Shown: one piece after another, positions 26,941-35,067 of the stretch
How positions within the stretch are numbered: the stretch's first letter is position 1
How the letters are laid out: every line of letters begins with the position of its first letter
NCBI GenBank assembly: GCA_030679255.1
Contig: JAUXTO010000022.1
Span: forward strand, 128,915 to 192,914
Direction of reading: 5' to 3'
Length of the DNA stretch: 64,000 bases
Origin: Candidatus Gottesmanbacteria bacterium
Lineage (GTDB): Bacteria > Patescibacteriota > Microgenomatia > UBA10105 > UBA927
Program-made: the position numbers and the translations under genes
The notes under the pieces: model-generated
Databases searched by the model: none
The model's input: the letters and a program-made list of their open reading frames with translations, nothing else
Told to the model about the DNA's origin: nothing

Positions 26941-29085
26941 CTACTCATACAACCTTGCCCTAACAAGCAAGTGAAATTTCTGACTATCATAAAGTGTTTT
27001 CATCAGGGCACGACGAGCATCTTGATCAGACAACGCAAGAATCTGTTTTCCTATACTATTGGCACCTTTCATTCCAATATTATCTTCAAGAAACTTTCCT
27101 TGATAAGCAAAGCTTGGATTATATTGTGAGGATGTCTTTGATGCATCATTCACATCAACTAATCCCATGCCAGTTGCCAGAAATATTTGGAACATCTGCC
27201 CAGGCGTTGGCTCCTTACCCACTTGCGCTTCCCAGAACGGTTGTCCATTTGGCAGCGTTGCATTTTTATGAAAATCTCTTGTACCCAACACCGAATCAGT
27301 ACTACCGATAGTATCGGTTATTCTCCCAATGGTAATAATATACGTATTCGGTTTCTCGATGGGGATATAAACGTGCATTTTAACTTTTATATCAACGCTT
27401 TTTCCAATACTCCAATCCATCTTCGGCAACGTCACATCATGTCCTCCGGCATAAATAGCCATTTGATAATATGCTGTATATTGGTATGGGATATCTTTAC
27501 CTAGTGGATCTAGCGTCGGCTGCAAATTAAAGCTTGGCTTTTGATAGGCGGGGTCCGCCTTTATTTTTTTAATCTTTTCTTGTAAGCTAGGTGTATTTAT
27601 CGCGTCAAATTTTTCTTTTGCTAAACGTGTTGCATATTCAGAATTTATTGCACAACATTCCGCAAAATTCACCGGTGGATTTAAGACCCAATTCCGTGCC
27701 TCCGGCGTCGAGGTCGGGGCAAAAGTAGGAGTAACCGTCGGGACGGCAGGCTTTGTCGGGGACACCTGTTGTTCAGCTAATTTAAAAGCACTGAGCAGGA
27801 TGTTTCCCATCATCGTTCTAAACCCGTCCGGGGTCTTTGACGCGCCACTTCCCGAGTCGGTTAATTGGGTTGATTTTCCTAACTCCTTGTCTACTAGCCA
27901 TAACGACTCCCCATCAAACACCATGCTCCACTTTCCTATCACTATTTTTCCATTCCTGGCTTCTCCAAGCTGGAATACCTTCTTACCAACTGTAGAGGAA
28001 GCTTCGTCTGTAACCAATGCGTATCCCTCACATGGATTGCCTTGCGCGTCACAGCGTACAAAAAATGGTACCGATCGTGTTGATTTGTCTTTTCCGAGAA
28101 ATACGGCCTGACCAACAGCCCATCGATCGCTAGAATTAAATGAGGCATCTGAACTGACGGGGCGTAAAACCACTAACTCATCAACGCCTTCCTGTGTTAG
28201 AAATTGTACGGGTCGATCGAATTGGTATTGCTCCGATCCGAATGCAACGCTGTACCACGGTTTCGTCGATGCGTTGACAAGATCTTTAAAAGATGTTGCC
28301 CTATTATCTATTTTTGCCGGGTTTTCTACCCGAACAGGTTGGACTGACGATATTGGCGTACATGCACTTAAAACTAAACTTGACGCTACAACACCATTGA
28401 CTCCCCATCGAAACGCTTTTATTTTTTTAAACCTTCTCCCAAGAGAATCTTTCTTGGGCGTTTTAATGGGTATTCCGGTTTCTGCCATTAAACCAGCGGC
28501 TAGCCCGATGCCAAACAAGGGGCCTAGTCCACCATTCGCTTCAGTGGGAGCATCAGAAGTAAACAATGTTCCTGCGGACGAATTTGGCCCAGTTTGTCGC
28601 AATTTTGCGTTCCTTAATTTTGTTAGATCCCAGTCGTTTGCTTCTGCGAGTAGTGCTGCGTCTGGAGAAGCGCCGCCTGCTTGCCTCACTGCAGCTTCAC
28701 GCGTAATCAAACCGGAATCTTCTGCTCCACGAATTGCACTCAAAAATTCTATTCTCTGTGCATGCTGCATCGCCAATTGCACCTCAAGGGAAACTGGCTG
28801 TCCAAAGCGTGTCCTCGGTTTTTCCGGCATCACACTAAATACTTCAAACCCGCTTGGAGTCAAACCAACATAATGAGTGGCGTTATGTCGAACAAGGGAG
28901 ATAACTTGTGTAGGAGTTAAAAGATCGCCTTTTTGATCGTCAACGAAAAATTTGTCGTGGACATTTTCCCAATCTGTTGAAATACTACTTGGATTAATAT
29001 GGGCTTCAGATTCACCAAGCAAATATCCTTCGTGCCTCACAAAAAAATCTGGATGTGTCGCGTAGGCCTCTGTAGAGTTAATCAT
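26941..29085 (-). CDS. Large hypothetical protein with an internal lipobox-like segment
   Basis: 714-aa ORF; basic stretch, hydrophobic run and VLSAC near residue 240; PTVTPT linker. Confidence 0.7.
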   Translation of the reverse strand: MINSTEAYATHPDFFVRHEGYLLGESEAHINPSSISTDWENVHDKFFVDDQKGDLLTPTQVISLVRHNATHYVGLTPSGFEVFSVMPEKPRTRFGQPVSLEVQLAMQHAQRIEFLSAIRGAEDSGLITREAAVRQAGGASPDAALLAEANDWDLTKLRNAKLRQTGPNSSAGTLFTSDAPTEANGGLGPLFGIGLAAGLMAETGIPIKTPKKDSLGRRFKKIKAFRWGVNGVVASSLVLSACTPISSVQPVRVENPAKIDNRATSFKDLVNASTKPWYSVAFGSEQYQFDRPVQFLTQEGVDELVVLRPVSSDASFNSSDRWAVGQAVFLGKDKSTRSVPFFVRCDAQGNPCEGYALVTDEASSTVGKKVFQLGEARNGKIVIGKWSMVFDGESLWLVDKELGKSTQLTDSGSGASKTPDGFRTMMGNILLSAFKLAEQQVSPTKPAVPTVTPTFAPTSTPEARNWVLNPPVNFAECCAINSEYATRLAKEKFDAINTPSLQEKIKKIKADPAYQKPSFNLQPTLDPLGKDIPYQYTAYYQMAIYAGGHDVTLPKMDWSIGKSVDIKVKMHVYIPIEKPNTYIITIGRITDTIGSTDSVLGTRDFHKNATLPNGQPFWEAQVGKEPTPGQMFQIFLATGMGLVDVNDASKTSSQYNPSFAYQGKFLEDNIGMKGANSIGKQILALSDQDARRALMKTLYDSQKFHLLVRARLYE

Positions 29086-29110
29086 AAAAACCTATAGTAT
29101 CATTTTAAGT

Positions 29111-29228
29111 GCTCTCCGTCAACCCAGCTCCGGTTTTTTTTGCTTACATAAACTGGTGCTCGGATCAACCCAAAAAAATACCCCGCCGGGGCGGGGGTTA
29201 TTCTGCCGTTTTATCTGTGACAATAAAT
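29111..29228. repeat. Inter-cassette repeat type A, copy 1 (includes a minus-strand terminator)
   Basis: GCTCTCCGTCAACCCAGC...CTGGTGCTCGGATCAACCCAAAAAAATACCCCGCCGGGGCGGGG-TTATTCTGCCGTTTTATC. Confidence 0.88.
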
Positions 29229-29329
29229 TTGTCTAAAAACTTTTTCATAGATTTCTTCTTCTGTATGCTACTATACAAAACTCCCTCTTCCCTGTCAATT
29301 TTTGACCACTTTCCCTGCTCACCGTCAAT

Positions 29330-29584
29330 TCAATTTCGACCACTGTCCAATAATCGAAAAAACTGATCAATGGTCACGAGGTGAACGTCATCGTATTGAC
29401 GCAAACGAAGGAGGTGTGCGTCTCCGGTCACGATATAGCCCGCGTTCCCAACAAGAGCAGTTTCAACGATGGGGTTATCTTCGAGGTAAGCACCAAACAG
29501 ACCTTCGTTCACGATTGCTGCTGGTCTTCCACCAAAAAGAATACCGGAAAGGTACACGTTTGTATCAAGAACTGAGCGTAGCAT
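29330..29584 (-). pseudogene. PIN-family toxin with a probable internal deletion
   Basis: VLDTNVYLSGILFGG joined after about 15 aa to EDNPIVETALVGNAGYIVTGD; about 84 aa versus about 130-140 typical. Confidence 0.72.
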
Positions 29585-29774
29585 TCGGGTATCGCGTGTC
29601 ATACAGTGTTCGCATCACGTCACGTATTGATAACGAAGCCTTCTTTGATCGCGCCACGCCTCGCTTTACTGCTTTTTGCCAGGAGATCACCGCCTTCAAT
29701 CCATCAATTTCTGATTGCAGGCGTGCGACTCTGGTCGTCATGGTGTTTGGTGAAAAACGAATAATCGGTTCCAT
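29565..29774 (-). CDS. Putative antitoxin (about 69 aa)
   Basis: Small basic ORF overlapping the PIN gene start; TATACT 6 nt upstream of ATG. Confidence 0.55.
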   Translation of the reverse strand: MEPIIRFSPNTMTTRVARLQSEIDGLKAVISWQKAVKRGVARSKKASLSIRDVMRTLYDTRYPNATLSS

Positions 29775-29828
29775 ACTCAGAGTATACAAAAATACGACTA
29801 CTATTACAAATTTGGTGTCACTTTCTCT

Positions 29829-29912
29829 GCTCTCCGTCAACTCTACTTTTTCGTCAAAAAAGGACCCCTCATCGGGGTCTCTGGTGATCCTTGATGGAAA
29901 AAGTGATAAAAT
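29829..29912. repeat. Inter-cassette repeat type B, copy 1
   Basis: GCTCTCCGTCAAC shared with type A, then GACCCCTCATCGGGGTCTCTGGTGATCCTTGATGG identical to the copy at 31546. Confidence 0.88.
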
Positions 29913-29930
29913 CATCGACCAAATACTCTT

Positions 29931-30284
29931 TCATGGATAGTTGTGTTGCAATTTTTTTTGCAGTACTACCAGCTGCTTTTTAAGGATTGGAAGTTCTTGC
30001 TCCACTATCTCCCACACCCTACCCATGCTCATTCCAGCATACTCATGAATGGCCACATTGCGAAATCCTACAATAGACCGCCACTGAGTTTCGGGTGAAA
30101 GAACGCGAATATCATCAGGGATGCGGGTAGATGCTTCCCCGATTATCATCAGCCTACGAATTACGGAATCCTGTTTTTCCTTATCTCTGGAAAAATCCAC
30201 CTCCGTGACACCTGATACATACTCTTCAATAAGCGCTATCGCCTCGAGCATATCACTCACAAACACAAGAATATTTTTATTCAT
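29931..30284 (-). CDS. HepT/DUF86 HEPN toxin
   Basis: DSVIRRLMIIGEAS, WRSIVGFRNVAIHEY. Confidence 0.92.
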   Translation of the reverse strand: MNKNILVFVSDMLEAIALIEEYVSGVTEVDFSRDKEKQDSVIRRLMIIGEASTRIPDDIRVLSPETQWRSIVGFRNVAIHEYAGMSMGRVWEIVEQELPILKKQLVVLQKKLQHNYP

Positions 30285-30574
30285 AATTTCGCCTCGTACA
30301 TCGTCACTGCATCAGCTAATATGCCGTCCTTAAACTCAGGGCGCAATGCAACATATTCAACGAGGTCTACGTGGCGGCCAAACCGTTCTGAAAGCTCTTC
30401 TTGTAGTCCAAAAAAGTCGAGTGCTCTTCCTTCTCCCATTTCCACAAGGATATCGATATCGCTACTCGCGCTTCCTGCTTCGCCGCGGGCAATAGATCCA
30501 AAAAGTGCAGCTTTTCGAACCTTATACTGTTTAAACAGCTCGGTTGTCTTTTGTTTTATCGCTTGTATATCCAT
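30281..30574 (-). CDS. MNT nucleotidyltransferase antitoxin
   Basis: ALFGSIARGE...SDIDILVE, VDLVE; start MDIQ. Confidence 0.92.
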   Translation of the reverse strand: MDIQAIKQKTTELFKQYKVRKAALFGSIARGEAGSASSDIDILVEMGEGRALDFFGLQEELSERFGRHVDLVEYVALRPEFKDGILADAVTMYEAKL

Positions 30575-30602
30575 AACAAGAGTATAGCATGATAACTCAC
30601 GA

Positions 30603-30668
30603 ATTTCCAAAAAAAATACCCCGCCTGGACGGAGTTTATTCTGCCGTTTTATCAAGTGCAATAAAAAT
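30603..30668. repeat. Inter-cassette repeat type A, copy 2 (partial)
   Basis: CCAAAAAAAATACCCCGCC...TTATTCTGCCGTTTTATC..AATAAA matches copy 1. Confidence 0.85.
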
Positions 30669-30692
30669 ATCCGGATAGATGATCATGCGTTT

Positions 30693-30902
30693 TTATGCGT
30701 ATACCGCAGGAATGCTTAATGTAAGCGACGTGATATCTTTCTTAGCAACCTTGCTCGAGACATCCAAGACCTCTATACCTACCATATCCTCTCCTGCATA
30801 ATCCACGAGAAGATCGTCACGAAGCTCAAGCGTTTTCGTGCTTTTCTTATCGGAAAAGTAAATATACATGGCATTGGCTTTTGGATCAAAGGTGACATTC
30901 AT
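30693..30902 (-). CDS. DUF2283 family protein
   Basis: TFDPKANAMYIYF...LVDY...VGIEVLD. Confidence 0.88.
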   Translation of the reverse strand: MNVTFDPKANAMYIYFSDKKSTKTLELRDDLLVDYAGEDMVGIEVLDVSSKVAKKDITSLTLSIPAVYA

Positions 30903-30933
30903 ATGAACATATCTTACTGTTTTATCCGATTCT

Positions 30934-31011
30934 TTATTCGACTAACCTCTTATCTATGCCGCGCGCAGCAAGCACTTCTTCCGCGTGTTTCGTGTAGATG
31001 ATTCGCTTCAT
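30934..31011 (-). pseudogene. Truncated DUF4258-like partner of DUF2283
   Basis: MKRIIYTKHAEEVLAARGIDKRLVE* (25 aa) has the TxHA...R.I start of the family. Confidence 0.65.
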
Positions 31012-31015
31012 ATTC

Positions 31016-31091
31016 GCTCTGCCGTCAACCCAGCGCCTGTCTCCTGGTGCTCGGGTCAACCCAAAAAAATACCCCGTCGCTGGGGCCTGAT
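31016..31091. repeat. Inter-cassette repeat type A, copy 3
   Basis: GCTCTGCCGTCAACCCAGC...CTGGTGCTCGGGTCAACCCAAAAAAATACCCCG. Confidence 0.85.
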
Positions 31092-31237
31092 CATTTTTTT
31101 CCTAAGCCCGCATCATGCGGACCAAGCGCATCAATGGTCAGCGTGTCACCGTCTTTACGAAAAGACGCGCGGTGATGCCGGTCTAAAGGAAGCTTCAAAA
31201 ATGCCTTTTCTGCGTCATGCGAAAAGATAATGTTCAT
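31091..31237 (-). pseudogene. RelE/ParE-like toxin with an internal deletion
   Basis: MNIIFSHDAEKAFLKLP-LDRHHRASFRKDGDTLTIDALGPHDAGLGKK, 48 aa; ATGA overlap with antitoxin. Confidence 0.65.
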
Positions 31238-31491
31238 GGGGCAATCGAGTCAAGATGCCGTACGAAATCATTTGCTGAATCAAACGATTTATACTTTCCG
31301 GCAGCGACATCTTTTTTTGATCGCTCAATGCTTTGCTCCCACCAGGCATCACTGCCGTACTGAGCGGGAAGGATCTGGCTAAGCCTTTTGCGCATAGCAA
31401 GAGCCGCACGGGAAAACGTCTCCAGATCGTCCAGGAGTCCCGAGAGCGCCTTTGTGTCAATTTCTGTAGATAGCGTTTTTCCATTTGCCAT
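31234..31491 (-). CDS. Putative antitoxin
   Basis: C-terminal SIERSKKDVAAGKYKSFDS typical of RelE-associated antitoxins. Confidence 0.7.
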   Translation of the reverse strand: MANGKTLSTEIDTKALSGLLDDLETFSRAALAMRKRLSQILPAQYGSDAWWEQSIERSKKDVAAGKYKSFDSANDFVRHLDSIAP

Positions 31492-31532
31492 ATGGTTTCC
31501 TTGTATCATGTTCATGGCGAACTGTCAAAACA

Positions 31533-31593
31533 ATTTCCAAAAAAAGACCCCTCATCGGGGTCTCTGGTGATCCTTGATGGCCATTGATAAAAT
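31533..31593. repeat. Inter-cassette repeat type B, copy 2
   Basis: ATTTCCAAAAAAA shared with 30603, then GACCCCTCATCGGGGTCTCTGGTGATCCTTGATGG...TGATAAAAT. Confidence 0.88.
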
Positions 31594-31610
31594 GTTCAAC
31601 TATTTTTTCG

Positions 31611-31922
31611 TCATAGTATTTGAATACCATGGGTTTTTACTTCATGAACCAATAAATTATATTTATCATCAAAATCGGCAGGATTAAATGCTACTGGTTC
31701 AATTCTGCTGTCCACTTTTAATGTTTCGAGGCGCAAATCCATTTCCTCGTCAAAATAGTCTTTCCCAAACGCGGGGGATATGATGCATACATCGATATCG
31801 CTTCCATCATGGATAAACCCTCTTGCAAACGAACCAAACAGATAAGCAGACTGCACCGGATATTTATGGGATATGAGTGCTAAATACTTTTTCAATAATA
31901 TTGTTACGTCGGCTTTACTCAT
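31611..31922 (-). CDS. MNT nucleotidyltransferase
   Basis: AYLFGSFARG...SDIDVCIIS. Confidence 0.9.
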   Translation of the reverse strand: MSKADVTILLKKYLALISHKYPVQSAYLFGSFARGFIHDGSDIDVCIISPAFGKDYFDEEMDLRLETLKVDSRIEPVAFNPADFDDKYNLLVHEVKTHGIQIL

Positions 31923-32314
31923 AAAGAAAAATGTGAAATAAGCACTATTCTAATTTCTGTCGCTTTTTGAAACCACAAGTCTGCGTATTCTTTATTGGCT
32001 TTTTTATAAAAATTTTTCTTGTAATCATCGTAACGCGCAGAGAGATTAAAGGAAGATAGTTCTTTTAGATCAGATACCTGGGACTGGGACATCTCAATTT
32101 CTGCTCTCTTGGCCAACTCCACCAGATCATGAATAGCCAACGGATGACTGTCCTTACGATGATAATGGAGACCTTTGAGTAATTTCTCAAGCGATAGGTG
32201 GATAAAAAATAATGCATAATCATATCTCTTCCCCCCAGCGTAAATTTCCTGAGAAAACTCCCAGTCCTTATCCGATGTTTGCTTCCAAAAAGCTACCACT
32301 TCTTCTTGCGTCAT
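31919..32314 (-). CDS. HEPN-domain protein
   Basis: ALFFIHLSLEKLLKG, HDLVELA, ARY; start MTQEE. Confidence 0.9.
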   Translation of the reverse strand: MTQEEVVAFWKQTSDKDWEFSQEIYAGGKRYDYALFFIHLSLEKLLKGLHYHRKDSHPLAIHDLVELAKRAEIEMSQSQVSDLKELSSFNLSARYDDYKKNFYKKANKEYADLWFQKATEIRIVLISHFSL

Positions 32315-32340
32315 GGTTACATTATATACTAATGTTTTCG

Positions 32341-32595
32341 TCAAGCAAAAACGTATGGCTGAGGTTGGGGCGAGAAGGGGACATACTCTATAGATTTCAC
32401 CCGCTCTGCGGCATAATGCAGTGCCACCTCCACCGCCCCCTTCGGGACGGTCGGATATGCACTATACACCTCACCCGCCGTCGAGCCGGATTCCAAAAGT
32501 TCCGGGATTTGCCACACCATCACCCGAGTGCCGGCGATCACCGGCTTTCCGTGGCAAATATGAGGGTCAATGCTAATAGTTATTGTTCGTTTCAT
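32341..32595 (-). CDS. DUF433 antitoxin with no adjacent DUF5615 partner
   Basis: IDPHICHGKPVIAGTRV...YP...ALHYAA. Confidence 0.9.
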   Translation of the reverse strand: MKRTITISIDPHICHGKPVIAGTRVMVWQIPELLESGSTAGEVYSAYPTVPKGAVEVALHYAAERVKSIEYVPFSPQPQPYVFA

Positions 32596-32627
32596 TACGA
32601 GTGATTATACGTTTTTGTCTCTATCAG

Positions 32628-32698
32628 CGTCAATCCAGCACCTGCCCGCTGGTGCTCGGATCAACCCAAAAAATACCCCGCCGGGGCGGGGCTTGATT
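32628..32698. repeat. Inter-cassette repeat type A, copy 4
   Basis: CGTCAATCCAGC...CTGGTGCTCGGATCAACCCAAAAAATACCCCGCCGGGGCGGGG. Confidence 0.88.
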
Positions 32699-33299
32699 AT
32701 CCAATGAGTTCTCTCTTCAATAATGTTCCTACAAACATCACAGCTTTACCGAGAAGTTTGAGGTCAAACCGTACTGATTTTTGCTTCGTGTAGGCAATGT
32801 CGCTTCGCATCCACTCGTCAAACGGCCTGGAGTGGTAGCCTTCAAATATCCAGGGAGAGATGATGCCGGGCAAGATCGCGTGGCGCTTCCGCATCCAAGG
32901 CTTAAGGAGTTTGGCTTCCACGCTCGGCAACGGCCGCGGACCGAAGAGGGCCATCTCGCCGCGCACCACGTTGACCAGTTGTGGCAATTCATCGAGTCCC
33001 ACGTGGCTCAAAAACTTGCCCAACCGCGTAAACCGCGGGTCGTCATACATTTTAAATACCGGCCCACGCGCTTGATTGCGACGGAGATAATAGCGTTTAA
33101 GTTGCTCCGCCCCCAGCTTCATCGTCCGGAATTTCACCATCGTAAACGGTTTTCCGCCCAGTCCCACCCGCCGCTGCCGGTAGAGGACGGGGGAGCCGTC
33201 GATAAGCCGGATAAGGATAGCCACCACCCCCATGACGGGCAATGCGCCAAGAAACAAAAGGGAAATAAATATCCGATACGCCCACTTCTTCATATGCAT
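32697..33299 (-). CDS. Priming sugar-phosphate transferase (WcaJ/WbaP family)
   Basis: KFRTM, DDPRFTRLG, LDELPQL.NV..G.M...GPRP. Confidence 0.93.
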   Translation of the reverse strand: MHMKKWAYRIFISLLFLGALPVMGVVAILIRLIDGSPVLYRQRRVGLGGKPFTMVKFRTMKLGAEQLKRYYLRRNQARGPVFKMYDDPRFTRLGKFLSHVGLDELPQLVNVVRGEMALFGPRPLPSVEAKLLKPWMRKRHAILPGIISPWIFEGYHSRPFDEWMRSDIAYTKQKSVRFDLKLLGKAVMFVGTLLKRELIG

Positions 33300-33321
33300 T
33301 TTTCGTTTCGATCATACCATA

Positions 33322-33410
33322 CCTCCCGTATCCTCCCGTATCCTCCCATAATTTCCCGTACCTTCTCGTACGATCTCCTCTATTCTCCTCATCTCTCCTA
33401 ACTTCTCCTA
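33322..33410. repeat. Degenerate pyrimidine-rich 10-bp tandem array
   Basis: (CCTCCCGTAT)2 CCTCCCATAA TTTCCCGTAC CTTCTCGTAC and further CTCC units. Confidence 0.75.
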
Positions 33411-33428
33411 AATGCTACTATATACAAT

Positions 33429-33968
33429 ATGAAGCGCATCCATGCTGCCGGCCTCTTCCTTCTCTTGGCCGCCTTCCTTTTTGGTCTCTCTGTTGGTAAA
33501 ACGACTTCCTCTTCGTCTACCCAATTACCAAAGACTTCATCATCGCCAGCCCCCACACCGCGGGATGCAATCGTTCCCACCCCGCAACCCGGCTACTACA
33601 AGGTCGCTCGGGTGTTAGATGGGGATACCATAGAAATTTCTTCCGGAGAACGCGTCCGCTATCATGGGATTGACGCCCCGGAAAATAACGAGAAGTGGGG
33701 GACGGTCGCGTATAAAACCAACCGTGACTTGGTCGAGGGAAAAACAGTACGGATCGAGATCGACCGGCCAACACGCGATCAATATGGACGGATACTGGCG
33801 TATGTTTGGGTAGGGAACACCATGGTGAATGAGCGCTTGGTCGACGACGGACTTGCGAAAATTCTTATTATCAAAGGTGAGGTCAAATTGAAATATCTCT
33901 CCATTCTCCAAGCCGCCGAAGCGCGGGCCAGGGGCGCTACTCGCGGCCTCTGGACCCCCCAGCCATAG
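33429..33968 (+). CDS. Thermonuclease (SNase) family secreted nuclease
   Basis: RVLDGDT, VRYHGIDAPE, DQYGRILAYV, RGLW. Confidence 0.93.
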   Translation: MKRIHAAGLFLLLAAFLFGLSVGKTTSSSSTQLPKTSSSPAPTPRDAIVPTPQPGYYKVARVLDGDTIEISSGERVRYHGIDAPENNEKWGTVAYKTNRDLVEGKTVRIEIDRPTRDQYGRILAYVWVGNTMVNERLVDDGLAKILIIKGEVKLKYLSILQAAEARARGATRGLWTPQP

Positions 33969-33993
33969 CGGGACGTGGTCACACTCACATCAG

Positions 33994-35037
33994 TCACGCG
34001 CTCCACAGCTCCTCGATGATCTTCTCTGTGGTGTGCGTGAGCCGCCACTGAGGATAATGGCGTTGAAATTTTTTTACGTCAGATACATACCATTGATGAT
34101 CGCCGATACGGGGCGTATCGACAAAAGTTATATCTATTGTTGTTTTTCCCAAACGCTCAATCATCGCGATTGCTTCAATGAGAGAAATGTTTGAGGCGCG
34201 CGATCCGCCCATGTTATACACTTCCCCCGGCCGCGGTTTCTCGTAAAACGCGTCAAATGCGGCAACAAGGTTAGATACGTGCAGATTGTCCCGGACCTGT
34301 TTACCTTTATACCCATAGACGGTATACGGACGATTCTCTTTAGCAGAGCGCACGAGGAAGGATAAAAATCCATGCTGCCGTGCTCCGCGGTGCGCCGGAC
34401 CCGTGAGACACCCGCAACGGAATACGCCGGTCCGCAGCCCAAAATATCGTCCATATTCCTGGACCATAAGATCGGCGGCCGTCTTTGATACACCAAATAC
34501 TGTGTGTGTCGTCTTATCGATAGTCATCGATTCATTGATGCCATCATAGGACGGATGGGTTGTGGGCAAATCATAACGAGTAGGAAGCTCGACAAACGGA
34601 AGCGCGTTGGGGGAGTCGCCATACACTTTGTTCGTAGACGTAAAAATATACACCGCATCTGGACTATACTTCCTCGCGTTTTCCAATAACGATAGCGTCG
34701 CGGTCGCATTGATGGCAAAGTCACCAATTGGGTCAGTCGCCGACCAATCATGGGACGGTTGACCGGCCGCGTGAATGATGAGGTCAAACCGGACGCTTTT
34801 AAACAAATCCTGTAATGCCAGTTCATCTCGAATGTCAAAATCGTGATGATGATATTTTTTATGTGAACTAACTAGGGACTCGCGCACGCCGCTCGTGTCC
34901 CCATCGGATCCGAAAAAATACTTTCGCATATTATTATCGATTCCGTGGACGACGTACCCTTTTTGACTATAAAACCGCACGGCTTCCGATCCAACGAGGC
35001 CCGCAGAACCAGTGATGAGTATGTGTTTCGTTTTCAT
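33994..35037 (-). CDS. NAD-dependent sugar epimerase (CDP-paratose 2-epimerase-like)
   Basis: TGSAGLVG, AGQPSHD, STNKVYG, FGVSK, KQVRD. Confidence 0.88.
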   Translation of the reverse strand: MKTKHILITGSAGLVGSEAVRFYSQKGYVVHGIDNNMRKYFFGSDGDTSGVRESLVSSHKKYHHHDFDIRDELALQDLFKSVRFDLIIHAAGQPSHDWSATDPIGDFAINATATLSLLENARKYSPDAVYIFTSTNKVYGDSPNALPFVELPTRYDLPTTHPSYDGINESMTIDKTTHTVFGVSKTAADLMVQEYGRYFGLRTGVFRCGCLTGPAHRGARQHGFLSFLVRSAKENRPYTVYGYKGKQVRDNLHVSNLVAAFDAFYEKPRPGEVYNMGGSRASNISLIEAIAMIERLGKTTIDITFVDTPRIGDHQWYVSDVKKFQRHYPQWRLTHTTEKIIEELWSA

Positions 35038-35067
35038 AGATTGCCGTCATAGTATAATACTCCCGCT

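Noticed and set aside
29302-29940. 212-aa plus-strand ORF
   Set aside because: Antisense to the TA genes and crosses repeat B; no motif
29111-32698. CRISPR array or classical integron
   Set aside because: Spacing is gene-sized and irregular, repeats are long and degenerate, no attC-like GTTRRRY structure recognised, and no cas or intI gene
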